Of a stretch of DNA of 64,000 nucleotides, positions 48,643 through 61,195 are shown in pieces. Under the pieces are notes generated by a model. The model was not told the DNA's origin, made no database searches, and was given only the letters and a program-made list of their open reading frames with translations. Source of the stretch: Vicugna vicugna. Its lineage: Eukaryota. Location: NCBI GenBank assembly GCA_013265495.1, contig MU058463.1, positions 1,759,523-1,823,522 on the forward strand, written 5' to 3'. Every line of letters begins with the position of its first letter. Position 1 is the first letter of the stretch. A program made the translations under genes and the position numbers.

Positions 48643-50959
48643 GAACACCACCACAGGGATCCAGACATTTGCTTAAAAGAGAAGGAGGTAGGAAAAGGTG
48701 AAAGCAGGCAAACACTAATCCTGGGGGTTAATCCATTACAGTCAAAACTGCTGTCAAGATAAGTAAAATTTCCAGTCTAGCCATCCTTGACAGCTACTTC
48801 CTCTTGAGAACCTTTTCTCTTTCATTGTGACAGTCCCTGGTTTTAAGGAATGCAACTGTCTGTAACTCAAGAAAGTGAGGTGTCAAACTGCGGGCTGTTT
48901 AGAGCTTCAGGTATGGTCTGGAGAGAAGACTTAAAGATGTGGTGGAATTAACAACTGCTTTGGGTTTTCGTACTTTCACATGCCTTCTGTTCTCCTTCCC
49001 TCCCTCTTTTTAGAGGAAAAGCATGTGCGTAATTAAAACCAATCGGGCTCTAGTTAATTCTGTGACACTATAAAACATAATTCATCATTAGCGGTATTAG
49101 CATTGGTTATGCTCAATTTATGGGAAATGCATCAAAAGGATAACAGGGATCTTGTGATAAAAATTTATATGAATATGTTGTATATGAAGACAAACAATCC
49201 CTTTTCAGTACAGATGACTTCTATCTTGGGATATTACGTTGAAAATATAATGGGTCTGCCTTTTAAAAAACATTCTGTAGAGCAGGGGCATATCACACAG
49301 AAACATAGAAGGGTTAGGGGAGACTTAAAGAGGTCAGCTAATCCAAATTCATTTGAAACAAGGTCTAAGTAATGATCCGCGATTCTCATTGTTATTTTCA
49401 AAATCACTGTCTACTTTTGGGAGCACATGGGATGCCCTCCACTGGCTGAAAAAACTTGAGAAAGCTTTGCAACTATGTGAAAAGAAGAAGCCATCAGTGT
49501 CTAATTTGGTTTTGCACGTCCCAAAGCTTTAGGGATAAACAAACAAACCGACAATAAAACCTGGTCTTTTTCCAGTGGCCTGAACAAATCTCCAGGCTTT
49601 CTCCATCAGGAAAGCCAAGCCGAGAGCTGTGCTACTTGACAAAGAATTTAAATGTACTTCCCAGGTCCTGAGCCTAGCTTCTTATTCCTCTTCTTTCTTC
49701 AAATAACATTGGGACTCTTCCGTTTTCTCTCTCTGAGTTCCCACCTCCTTCCAGCTCCCACCTGTCCAGGCTCCTGATGAACTATGAGGCCCCGTGTTGG
49801 CTTACTTGGCATTTTCGTAGTGTTAGGTGAAGAACAGCCTAAGTTCTTTTCAGGGAAGAGGGTGAGAGAGACCCCTCTTTTTGGTCCTGACCCATAAGTA
49901 TCCTTTGTGTAGGCAAGTGTACCCTGCAAATACGTGCTTCTCTTACTTTCTAAACCCAATATGTTGACATTTCTAAATGTTGGAAAGTTACTATTTTTCA
50001 TGGTTAGATATTTCTTAGTTTACAGATTTGTTACTTTCTGCTTATTCAAGAGCAATGCATAAGTGTCCCTTTGTCACATGAGTCTAGAGCCTCAGCATAA
50101 AGCCATAAAAATAGAGTACAATGAAACAACATATAAACAAAGAAATCCATCCTAATATAATTTTATCATGTCTCCAGAATTAAATTCTACATTGTTAATC
50201 TTGGAAGGGTACTTGAATCTGCTTTTTATATCATTTCCTTTTTTTTTTCTTTTTTAGTAAAACAATTCCAATGTAAAATGAGTGAGAAAGGAGTACATCT
50301 TAAAGCACTTTGGGTTTTCCACATATAGAATTTCCCAAACTCCTAATAGCAGTGAGTCTCGTATGGGAGGAAGGCACTCCAGATACAGAACACTCAAAGC
50401 TAATTGACTAATCAGATAAACCTTAGAGACACTCTGGACATTCTAGGATTCCAGGAATATGTCTGGAGACTATCTCAGTTACCACATTCCCAAGTATTGA
50501 AGTGTTGGGGCATGTTTCTTCCTGGATTTCTGCTGACTCACATTTTTTACTCCCAATGACACCTTTCTTCTGTCTACCCTCTCATAACAAACGCAGCCTC
50601 CTTCCTGGCTTTCAGCCAATCGTAGCTCTTGAGTTGATGGTCATCACACACAAGAAAAAGGTTTTACAGTGATGAGATCTGGGGGATCAAAGAGCTGCTA
50701 TGAGGTAGAGACAGGGCAGGCCACCATGGAACTCACTGGCCGCGCCCTGCTGGCACTGCCACTGCACGTGACACAGGTGGGCTGGGCAAGGTCTAAGTCT
50801 TCGCCAAGGACGGACTTTCAGTGTTGCTGGCAAAGAGCTGGAACTCTTTATTGCTAAATCTGTGAGTGTAAAGGGACTTCTGAGAAATAATTGGGGGAGC
50901 TTCTCCTCTCCCCCTTCACTTTCCTCCCTTCCCTCCTCCTTTCCCTTCTCGAAGGCGAA

Positions 50960-51190
50960 GGCAGTATAAATGGTGGGTGAGAACTTGGATTTTGGAGCCC
51001 AGCTGCTCGAAACTCGAAACTCACTCTACTACCTACAGCTGCTTAATCTTAGGCAATTTATTTAACTTCTCTCTGACTGAGTTTGCTCATTGGTAAAACC
51101 TACCTCTCAGAGGCTTTTGTCGGGATTAAATGAGTTAATAGATACAAAACTAGCAGTCTCTAGCATCTAGTAAGTACTCACCAAAACAAC
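50960..51190 (+). mobile_element. MIR SINE
   Basis: ggcagtataaatggtgggtgagaacttggattttggagcc...cttaggcaatttatttaacttctctctgactgagtttgctcattggtaaaa...ggattaaatgagttaata. Confidence 0.8.
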
Positions 51191-51521
51191 CAAAAGGAGT
51201 TCCCACCACATATCAGGGGTCCATGCAGAATATTCTGTGGGCAGGGACCGCATGACCCCCACTTCATCTGACCCAAGTCCCAGCCCTACTAGAGACGGCT
51301 GAGCACGTCTGGTTCCCTGTCTCAGTTTCACAGCATGGAAAACAGAATTGCCCCAACATGTGCTGGGATCCTCCACAAACCTGAGCTTCTGCAACCATCA
51401 GGCCAAGATCCCCGAGGACGTAGGTGTGTAGTTTTAGGCACCCACTCTGTTGGGGGATAGTTCTTAGCAAAAGGAGAGGCATGAATTGAACAAACCCTTG
51501 AAACAGTGCCTGCTACTTTAT

Positions 51522-51868
51522 TGTGTTAGTCTGCTAGGGCTCCTGCAACAAAATACCACAGACCGAGTGGCTCTCACAACAGAAATCTATGTTCTCACAG
51601 TTCTGGGGGCTGCAAGCCCAAGAACAAGCTTTCTCCTGACTTGCAGATGGCCGCCTTCCTGCAGTGTCCTCTCGGGCCTTCTTCTCTGTGTCTGAGCACC
51701 CCTGGTGTCTCTTCGCCTTCTTATAGGAATGCCAGTCCCGTTGGATTAAGGTGTCACCCTTATGATCTACTTTAACCTTACTTACTTCCTGAAGGCTCGA
51801 TGCCTAAATCTAGTCACACTGGAGGCTAGGGTATGAATTTTGGGGAGGACTCAATTCAGCCCATAACG
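51522..51868 (-). mobile_element. MLT1B/C-type MaLR solo LTR with 5-bp TSD
   Basis: tgtgttagtctgctagggct...aacaaaataccacagac...aattcagcccataac; TSD tttat at 51517-51521 and 51869-51873. Confidence 0.9.
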
Positions 51869-54800
51869 TTTATCTTAGATAACTTCTGTGAGGTACGTGT
51901 CTCAGAAACCGGTGAAGAAAGGTTTGTCTGTTTTCTAGTTAAGCTTTAACCTTAAATCCTTCAAAGACCGAAATACTAGGAGGTGGGGGGCAGTGGATAC
52001 AAATTCCCTTCAAGCTCTTTATCAAAGGTGACATAGATTCTTGATAGCTGGGAGGACTTCTAATAACTACATCATAAAGGTGTGGCTGATGGCATACTTG
52101 CTCAGCATAGGGCACTGGTTGGATATTACTTAAATGTGCACATAATTAAATTAGTGGTGAAAATTATATGTCTAATTAATGTGTGGAAACCTAAAAATGT
52201 TTATGTATTTTAGTTCTTGATACCATAAATTCAGGCTGCAGAGTAGACTCAATGACAGAAAGCCATTCCACAAAGTTATAGCCCTCTCCCAGGCTTTTTT
52301 CTTACTGCTTAAAACTTCTCTTACAATTTTTAATTTGCCTGAAAAGAAAAGCCTACATGTCATTATTATGTTGGGAATGATGCCTGTTCTCCAGGTCATT
52401 ATACTAAAATCAAGGGGCTTTTCTTCAAACAGAACAAAATCTCAGTTAAGAAACAAATAAGAAAAGACAAATGTCATTAATTTAGGTAGAAAGCTGTACA
52501 AAAAGAAACCAAATGAGTAAATTCTAAATCCCTATAAAAGTTCTTTCTTCTTTGGAAATATTTTCTTCTTTAAACCATAATTGATATCATCTCCTTGGAA
52601 ACAATCCTAAGAGACTAGCTGGGTTACTGGAAATTATGTAGTTTAAACCTAAATTACAGTAATGTGTTGCCTCTTCCTATTAATTCCAGTCTTGCTAGTA
52701 AAGACACTTCGAGTACCTTTCTATCATGCTATAGGCTAAATCTGATTGAAAGGTGCTCCGAGTTAGAAATGTGAGCTGAGAGGAGTGTGTGCACATTTTT
52801 CTGTGTAAAGTAATATGTTGACATTTTGACTTCACTCGTTGGTTTCTTGGGCTAGGTTCATGGGGCTCTGTGCCCACAAGACAAAGTCAGCTTCCTGGGC
52901 CTGCAAAGTGACGTGGGACATTAGTAAGCTCACAGGGTGAGCTTGAGGAGGGGCAGGCAGGAACCAACTTTTCTCCTACCTGACATTCCAACACTGCTGT
53001 TGCCAGCTACTTTAAACAGAGTTAATAACAGCTTAGTGGAATTTAACAAGCCCCTCCTTCTCCTGTTAATTACAGTATGTACAGTACTATTCTAGGAATC
53101 TTGGGGATGAGAAAGTGACATAGACTTGGCCTTCAAGAAAGGCACAGTTCTGTTAAGGGAATCCAAATTGACTTCACTACCAGTGCAATAAATTCTATTA
53201 TACTGGAGATACAGCAACCATCTGAAAGCACAGAAGGAGACCAACTTATAGATGAGAAAGACGTGCAGGGGCAGCAAACCCACTGCTGGGTGTCCACGGC
53301 TCTGTCCCAGCACAGGAACCCCGTCAGCGGGGAACAGGGCAGGTAATTTCCACCAAAACCCATAAGTGATTTTGAGAAGCTCAAGTGGGAGGAAGGGAGA
53401 CATTCAACCCACTCTCCAGAAGTCAGCATTAACTGTGCTATTAATAAGAGCTTTATTTTATTTTATTTTCTATCCTTTGCTATCTAGAGGCCAATATTCT
53501 TGGAAGCAAAGAGACTTGGTTTCCCAGCTGTGTTTTAGGATGAGCGCATAAACCTATGGAATGTGATGACATTCTGGTCAACAACAGAACGGTTAGCAAG
53601 AAATCATTGGTGTTTAGGTAAATTTATTAAATGTGAGCTCCTCTGTTTCTCAGATAAGTAAATCATTATTTATGACAAAAGCGTATGCATTAGCATGTGT
53701 TTACTTTATGATACCGTGTTTTGCATGTATTGTAATTGAATATGCATGGTTGAACTGTTTTTTTGGCACAGCCACAAGAAATTGGGAGTTTTCATGTGTC
53801 TCTTCCTACTAACAAAGCATATGCTCGATGTTACTGTTTTCTGTGGAACATGTTTTATTTTATGTTGGAGTTTAGCTATAAAGTCTTCTTCAATCTAATA
53901 CTAATCATTTTTTTGGCAAAGGGCTCTGACTTAGCAAACTCACTGGTCACTGTGATCTGATCTGGAGACCTGGTAAGTAGAGGTGATAGCTTTCCAGAGT
54001 CCTAGTGAGAGAGTAACAGCTGGCTAAGCCTGGCTTTAATACTTGGCGATCATTTATTATTTCTTGAAATGGGATGAAGAGTTTGAAATGGACACGGCAC
54101 AGATGATGGCAGTTATATACTACATGAATATTTGGTGGTAGAACTATCTGGAGTATATTTATTCGGAAACTAAAGGAAAATAGAGCCGAAATTGCAGCGT
54201 CTTCAAGTTACGATGCCTGCCCAAGCAACTTGAAACAGACGGCATGTGAAGGGACTCTGAGACCCCCATTTTCTGAACTGCCTTCTCAATCTGTTCACTA
54301 ATGAGATCTTGCTCTTCTCATCATCTTAAGGACCAGCCTTGAAGCTTTATTCTCCCATTGCCTTTCTTTGTCATCCAGTCCCAAAGCCTGTTTCTCTATC
54401 ATCTTGGTTCCTTTGGCAACAATTCTACTCCTCTCCCACTCAATGCTGCTCTAGGAAACACCTGAATTTGCCACAACACAAAGAAATTAACAAAGAAACA
54501 TGCTTCAGTGGTTTTAAGTTACATTAACATAAGAGCTACACAGCTGCTTAATGTGGCAGGTTTTGAGCTTTTTGGTTTCTGATGCAATTAGAATAGTAAA
54601 TTTGTAAACATAGATGGAGCTTATCCATTAATAACCAAATGCTATTAAAAACCAAATATGATGGGAACACTGTGCCTCTGAAGTTGAAGTCAATGTGAAT
54701 TTTTAAAAAAAAATTTTTTTAATTATATTTAAATATCTTAAAAATAGCCTTTATTGGAGTTTCAGATACATAAAATTAGAATTTGAAATGCAGACATTCC

Positions 54801-55084
54801 CATTAAAAAATAACAAAAGTACATGCTATCTTTTAGTCACTTTCTAGTTTTGCCTGTAGTTATGATAAAGTATACAAAGGAGTTGCCAGTAAATTGAGAT
54901 GATAATGATGATAATGATGATGATTTAGAATCATGCAGAAATATAAAATCTCATGCTAGTTGCACACTTTCGATATGCTGACTTAGACTAAAACATTTTG
55001 ACTGTGTCAAAGGAGTTTTTGGAATATTCTGAAAAGAAAAATCAGCCAAACGTCTATGAATGTTAAACATCTATGACCACCTAT

Positions 55085-55305
55085 TGCTCTTCTGAACTCC
55101 CATAACCCTTCATTTGTACCTTGACTACTATTCTTGTCACTCATGTTATTCTTATTCCTTGTATAATAGCTATTTATATATTTAGTTCTCCCAGAAGCCT
55201 ATAAACTCTATGAATTTCATGATATACATCTAATTCATCCTTGAATCCTCTATAGCAGCTATCTCAGAAGTCAATAAATGCTTATGGAATGAATGAGTAA
55301 GTGAG
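55085..55305 (+). mobile_element. L2 3' end
   Basis: ctataaactctatgaa...taattcatccttgaatcctc...gtcaataaatgcttatggaatgaatgag. Confidence 0.6.
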
Positions 55306-57320
55306 AATAACCGGTGATGCTATTTTTATATCACCCTTCCATAATTAATATTGACAAATTCATACAAGCATGTAACAGATCTTGACAGCAAAGCCCTGTA
55401 CATGTGGGAGTGGAGAAGAGTAAAGCACATTCCCAAATGAGTGAAGGATAGCTGATGACTTCAAAGCCACCAGACAACCATTTACTTTATCTGGGATCAA
55501 GGACTCTGCATGGATAAAAAGCAAAGGAAGTCATCCTCTTTGGAAAAAAAAAAGTTTTCTTAAAATAGAGGTTTGCTATCTAAACCTCCTTTAATTCTTT
55601 GGGTTCAGCCCTATGAAATCACTCTCCTTGAAGTTTAATCCCCCCAATCTCATAATAATAATTTGGGAAAAGATAAATTGCCATAGAAAACATAGAGTAC
55701 AATTATAAATCTAGCATTAGGAAGATTTGACCTGGTTATAAAACTCATTCATGGAAGCATTGTGGTTAGAATTGGTGCAAAGCCATTCACCTCTACACTT
55801 GCTTAAAGGCACCAACAGAGAATAGGGAGAGGTGCCTCTGCACAAAGCAAAGTACAACCATAATTCCTAAGTTACTTAAATTCAAGCAGATGTTTTCATA
55901 CATATGTTTGATGCAGTAATTGTTTTTATGTTTGATTAAGAAAAGAAATTGATATTGGAGGAAAACAGACAAAATGTTCTACACATGCTTTTCTTAAGAA
56001 AAGAAATTTACAATACTAGTGAAGAGTGGAAATACTTATGAGTCATCAATAAAATTCTTCCAGAATCTCTCATTACACTGACCTTGTCTCTCTCTCTCCC
56101 TCTCTTTTTTTGCCTCAGATTTAGCAGCTATAGCAGAGATTGTGGTTTTCATGAAAAAGTAGATTTTTTTTCTTTTTAAATGTCCATGTATCTACAAGTG
56201 TAAAACTTTCGAATTTCAAAATATGATAAAAATTTTTGTTACTTTATAGGTTTTGATTTAATTTATTTTAGAAGCTTCACCATTCTTTTGATAGATTCTG
56301 ACAGATCCAATCCTGTTCCCATATGTTTCCTGCTATTTGAAAAAAAAAAAAAAGTACACAATTGCTTCAGAGAAGCACCATGTGTTTCCAAAGTGTGAAT
56401 CTGAAAACCATCCATCTGGTCATGCTGGCATCTTTCTGAATTGTATGTGATTGAAAGAAATGTATTCAACATTTTGCAACTCTTTGACTAGATGAGGAAG
56501 ATAATAAGATTAAGGAGATCTTTTTTTCATTTCCATTTATTGAAAATCAACCCTTCAGCCTGAAATACTTTGCCTATCTTTCCACCAGGTTGGCCTCAAT
56601 CATGCAGCAAGACCCAAGCCACAATGCCCTTTCCTTAGTGAGTTCTTCTGTAATCCTAGCTCTCTATTGTTTGCACAACTGTATTCATACTAATATGAAA
56701 ATGTTTATTTATTTTAATTAAAATTATTTTTAAAAATATTGCTTTTCCTATAAACTGTGAACTCCTAAAATGGAAGGGAGATGGTCCTTAATGCAATTTA
56801 ATTCAACAAAATATAATACAATATTCAAGATTCTAGTCTAGAGGCTGCAGAGATCATGTTGAATTAGCAGAGATCATTTTTCCCTATAGCAATTATAATC
56901 TATCTGGTGAGAAAAAAATTGAGCAACTAATTATACTTAAAGGCAAAGCTCAATGAGGAGATAACTACATCTGAAACCTCATGTAGGTGAAAGTAAATTT
57001 GGAAGTTCAAACTCTCTTTAATGTTGCTTCTATTATTAATAACTTTTGTATGACATAAATATTCAGATTAATTTTCTAGACTGGTAGAATCATTGGATAG
57101 ATCAATACTACACATTTCTCATGAAGGTTAACGGATGGTCTCTGAATTATGGGCTAAGCATAGTGCTAGGTTTTATACACATATTCTTTTATGATGTGTT
57201 TGTAAACCTTCTGTGCTAAAGTTACTTTATTTTTTCTAAACTTAAGCTAAAATAAGCCTAAAAGTAAGAGTTTTTTCAGATTCTGTAAGAAGCAGATAAG
57301 TTGTACTGAATCCTTATAGT

Positions 57321-57413
57321 TTCAAATATACAATATTAAAATATGTTCAAAATATGTTCAAATATATGATGTTAAAATATGTTCAAATATATGATATTAA
57401 AATATGTTCAAAT
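57321..57413. repeat. AT-rich 25-bp minisatellite (~3.5 copies)
   Basis: Unit ttcaaatatatgat(a/g)ttaaaatatg at 57357-57381 and 57382-57406, a variant at 57321-57345, plus an 11-bp partial unit. Confidence 0.85.
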
Positions 57414-58084
57414 CAAAATATAGCAAACTAAGAGACTGGGACATCTTGCCACAAAACATTAAGGATAGGGTAACTTCCTACATTTTGACCATAGTGAAAT
57501 GCATTAACTGTATCGATTGTTAAGAAGAACAATTCAGTAAAAAACTCAGTCCATAAAGTTTTGGTTAAATTGATTATCACAGAATTTGATTCACTAATGA
57601 AACAATCTATTTCTGCCTTAAATGGGGACACCTTGATTATGGCTTCTACTAGAGACCAAATCCCTCGAGGGCAGCCCTCATCCCTGCTTCTTTTGAATTG
57701 TGTTACAGTCCCTGGCCTAGAACTCTGCACCCAAGGAAACCAGTCAAAGTTGAATAAATCACCTGTGACCCTCTTTTCATACTATCAAAATGCAACCAAT
57801 TTAATTGATACACATTCTTTATCCATACAAACATCCGCTGCTATCTGAACTCTTTCTTATAACAGGAGCTCTTTGGCTCTACAAACTTGTGAATTACATT
57901 GAAGTACTAACACTTTAGAATAAAGAAAAATGGAATAATATGGATCTCAGGCAGTCTTTGGAAAGCCAGTGGACTATGCATTGTTGGTAGGAAAAACTGC
58001 CTACTCACTGGCAGAGAAAAGGAAAAAAAAGGGATATTGTTACAAGAGTAATATGGGAGAAGCTTAAAAGGTATGCTGGATTTC

Positions 58085-58400
58085 AGAATGCATAAAATAT
58101 TGAATCACTATGTTGTATACCTAAAACTAATGTAATATGTTAATTTTAACACAACAGAAATTTAATAATTTTTTAAATAATAAAAAATACTCAAGTATGT
58201 AAGTCACAACATACGTAATACAGTCAATTGAATTGCTACAAATGTGTCTGGTGATGGATGGTAACTAGTCTTATTGTGGTGATCATTTGAATGTATAAAA
58301 ATACTGAAATCACTTTGTTGTACACCTAAAATGAATGTAATATTATATGTTAATTTTGACACAACAAAAAGTTCAATAAATTAAAAAGAATTTAATATAT
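58085..58400 (+). mobile_element. Two tandem L1 3'-terminal segments
   Basis: aatcactatgttgtatacctaaaactaatgtaat (~58100-58135) and gtgatggatggtaactagtcttattgtggtgatcattt...aatcactttgttgtacacctaaaatgaatgtaat (~58250-58342). Confidence 0.75.
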
Positions 58401-59318
58401 TTTTTTAAAGGTGTACTGGAATGATGAGAAAAGAGATTAGAATACCAGCTAGGAAGCAATGATGTTGAAAAAGTTAAGTTTTAACTTCTTGTAAAAGGAA
58501 ACACTTATTTTTCAATTTTTTAAAAAAAGTTATACACTGGAAATAAATTTGAAATCCAAATTATTGTCCAACAATATTGAGTATATTTGGCACTCTGTTC
58601 TGTTTTGAGAAAGCTCTGCTGAAAGTTATGTGATCTTCAAGTTAGTGTAATGAAGAAGAAAAAAACCTTGAAAATCTCTCACTTTGTCATAACTGGGCTG
58701 AGGGCAGATGACTCACAGTGTGAATTCCAGTTAAATCATTTAACCTTTTTCTCTTATTCAACCCATCTGGGAAGCTGAATACAAGAGCTTCACCATGAAA
58801 CAGATGGTGCATCAAAGCTAAATTTTCCCAGATTAAAAAAGAAGAAGAAAAATGTGTTAAAAGCACTAAAAGAACCAAATGTGGGATAAGACCAAGGATT
58901 AAAAGGAAAAGAACTATAAACTGGATTAAACCTTTTCCTCTGTTAAAAAATAAAAAGTAATACTAAAAAGGTAAATCCTATGAGATTATTTGGGGACAAA
59001 GTAAAATGTTTCCTAAGCACCACATGTGTAAAGGGGGTCATACAGTGGTATATATGGAAAGTGAAATGCTCTTTGTTGGCACAGAATTGCATGTTCATTT
59101 ACCTGCATGTCTCAGAAAACAGATATGATTACTTTAGAATGCTTTTAGGTTATTTATTTATTGGTAAAGTTAAATACTAATAAAAATATTTCTTGAGAAA
59201 ATGTAAGAGACCCATCTGATTATATCTTTGATGAAATTTAGCACTAGTTGACAAATTTAAAATACTTCTAACATGTTCTAGAATAACTATGTTTTCTAAC
59301 CTATTCTCTCTCTCTAGC

Positions 59319-59349
<31 letters not shown>

Positions 59350-59352
59350 TGT
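59319..59352. repeat. (TATG)n microsatellite
   Basis: Seen directly. Confidence 0.9.
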
Positions 59353-59695
59353 TACTTGGAAGAAAGGCAAGCTATTATCCTTTGCTAATTTCAGATGGTT
59401 TAAATTTTATTGTATGTAAAAGTGTATTAAGTTCAAATGTATTTGTATGTTAATATTTACATCTGTCATATTTAATGGGAGCAGAAGTGTATTGTTGTAG
59501 TTAAAGCAAAGGTATATTGGTGAATAAGGTAGACCATAGTAGAAAGTATCTGTACCCTCTTATTTCCTGACTGGTAGTGATAAACTTGGGGAAGTTAGCT
59601 TACTATTTAAAAGACATAGTTAGCCGAGACAATATGAAACACAAGGAATTTACATTGTAGACTTCTGGATGCCACAGTATAAAAACCCAGCTTGG

Positions 59696-60655
59696 CAAAA
59701 AAAAAAGGTAAAAGACCTAAACTGACATTTCTCCAAAGAAGACATATAGGTAGCCAAGAGGCACATGAAAAGATGCTCAGTATGGCTAATTATCAGAGAA
59801 ATGCAAATCAAAACTACAATGAGGTATCACCTTACACCAGTCAGAGAAGCTATCATTCAAAAGTCCACAAATGATAGATGCTGGAGAGGATGTGGAGAAA
59901 AGGAAGCCCTCCTACACTGTTGGTAGGAACGTAATTGGGTGCAGCCACTATGGGAAATAGTTTGGAGATTCCTTAAAAAACTAAAAATAGACTTACCCTA
60001 TGATCCAGCAATCCCACTCCTGGGTATACAACTGGAGGGAACTCTAATTTGAAAAGATGCCTGCACCCCAATGTTCATAGCTGCACTATTACAATAGCCA
60101 AGACATGGAAGCAATCCAAGTGTCCATTGGCAGAAGATTGGATAAAGAAGTTGTGGTATATGTATACAATAAAATACTACTGAGCAGTAGGAATACTACT
60201 CAGCTATAAAAAACGAAATAGTGCCATTTGCAGCAACATGGATGAACCTAGATATTATCACACTAAGTGAAGTAAGTCAGACAGAGAAAGACAAATATCA
60301 TATGATATCATTTATATGTGGAATCAAAAAAAAAATCCTGGCACAGATGAACTTATTTACAAAAGAGAAACAGATTCACAGACAAAAAACAAACTTATGG
60401 TTACTGGGGAAAAGGGTAGGGGAGGGATAAATTAGGAGTTTGGGATCTGCAGATACACACTACTAAATATAAAACATATCAACAACAAGGTCCTACTGTT
60501 TAGCACAGAAAACTATAGTCAATACCTTATAATAACCTATAGTGATAAAAATATGAAAAAGAATATATATGTGTATAACTGAATCAATATGCTGTACACT
60601 AGGAACTAACACAACATTGGAAATCAACTATATTTCAGTGAAAAAAACAAAACGA
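59696..60655 (+). mobile_element. 5'-truncated L1 (~1 kb; ORF2 C-terminal remnant plus 3'UTR)
   Basis: gaaatgcaaatcaaaactacaatgaggtatcacct; tatgatccagcaatcccactcctggg; ORF 60221 PFAATWMNLDIITLSEVSQTEKDKYHMIS is L1 ORF2 end-like; A-rich tail. Confidence 0.95.
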
Positions 60656-60947
60656 AACCAACCAGATTGGACTTTGGGCCCAGAACTGCCTCCAAGGGGA
60701 GGTTCTACTATGATTAAGACAAATGGGCTTTCACTAACCTAACACAACCTTTCTTTGATTAATTCTCAAAATCCAGTTTATAAAGCAAAAGAAGAACATG
60801 CACCTATTTTTTCTTCAAAGAATCACTTTTTTATTAAATTTGGGTCATACTCTTATTATTGAGAAATATAGAGGAGGCATGGCTAAATGGCTAAGAAGCA
60901 GTGAAAATTGAAAGCTAAACATTGCCTATTTAAGAAACTAGAATTTC

Positions 60948-61195
60948 GAGGGATAAATTTGGGAATTTGAGATTTACAAATGTTAGCTACTATTTATAAA
61001 AACAGATTTTTAAAAGTTTCTTCTGTATACAGGGAACTATGTTCAATATCTTGTAATAACATTGAATGAAAAAGAATATGAAAATGAATATATATATATA
61101 TATGTATATGGGTGCATGATTGGGACATTGTGCTGTACACCAGAAACTGACACAATGTAACTGACTGTATTTCAATTAAAGAAAAAAGAAAAGAA
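60948..61195 (+). mobile_element. Camelid-type L1 3' end with degenerate 16-bp TSD
   Basis: gagggataaatttgggaatttgagattt...tgggacattgtgctgtacaccagaaactgacaca...(GAAAA)n tail; TSD aagaaactagaatttc (60932-60947) vs aagaaagtagagtttc (61196-61211). Confidence 0.88.

Noticed and set aside
53096..53342. Exon ending at cag|gtaatt
   Set aside because: Weak acceptor, stops in the frames I checked, and no recognisable product.
57321..57413. CRISPR-like array
   Set aside because: Head-to-tail repeats without unique spacers in a mammalian genome; this is a minisatellite.
59692..60430. ORFs with L1 ORF2-like peptides as CDS
   Set aside because: Frameshifted, 5'-truncated L1 remnant, not a functional gene.
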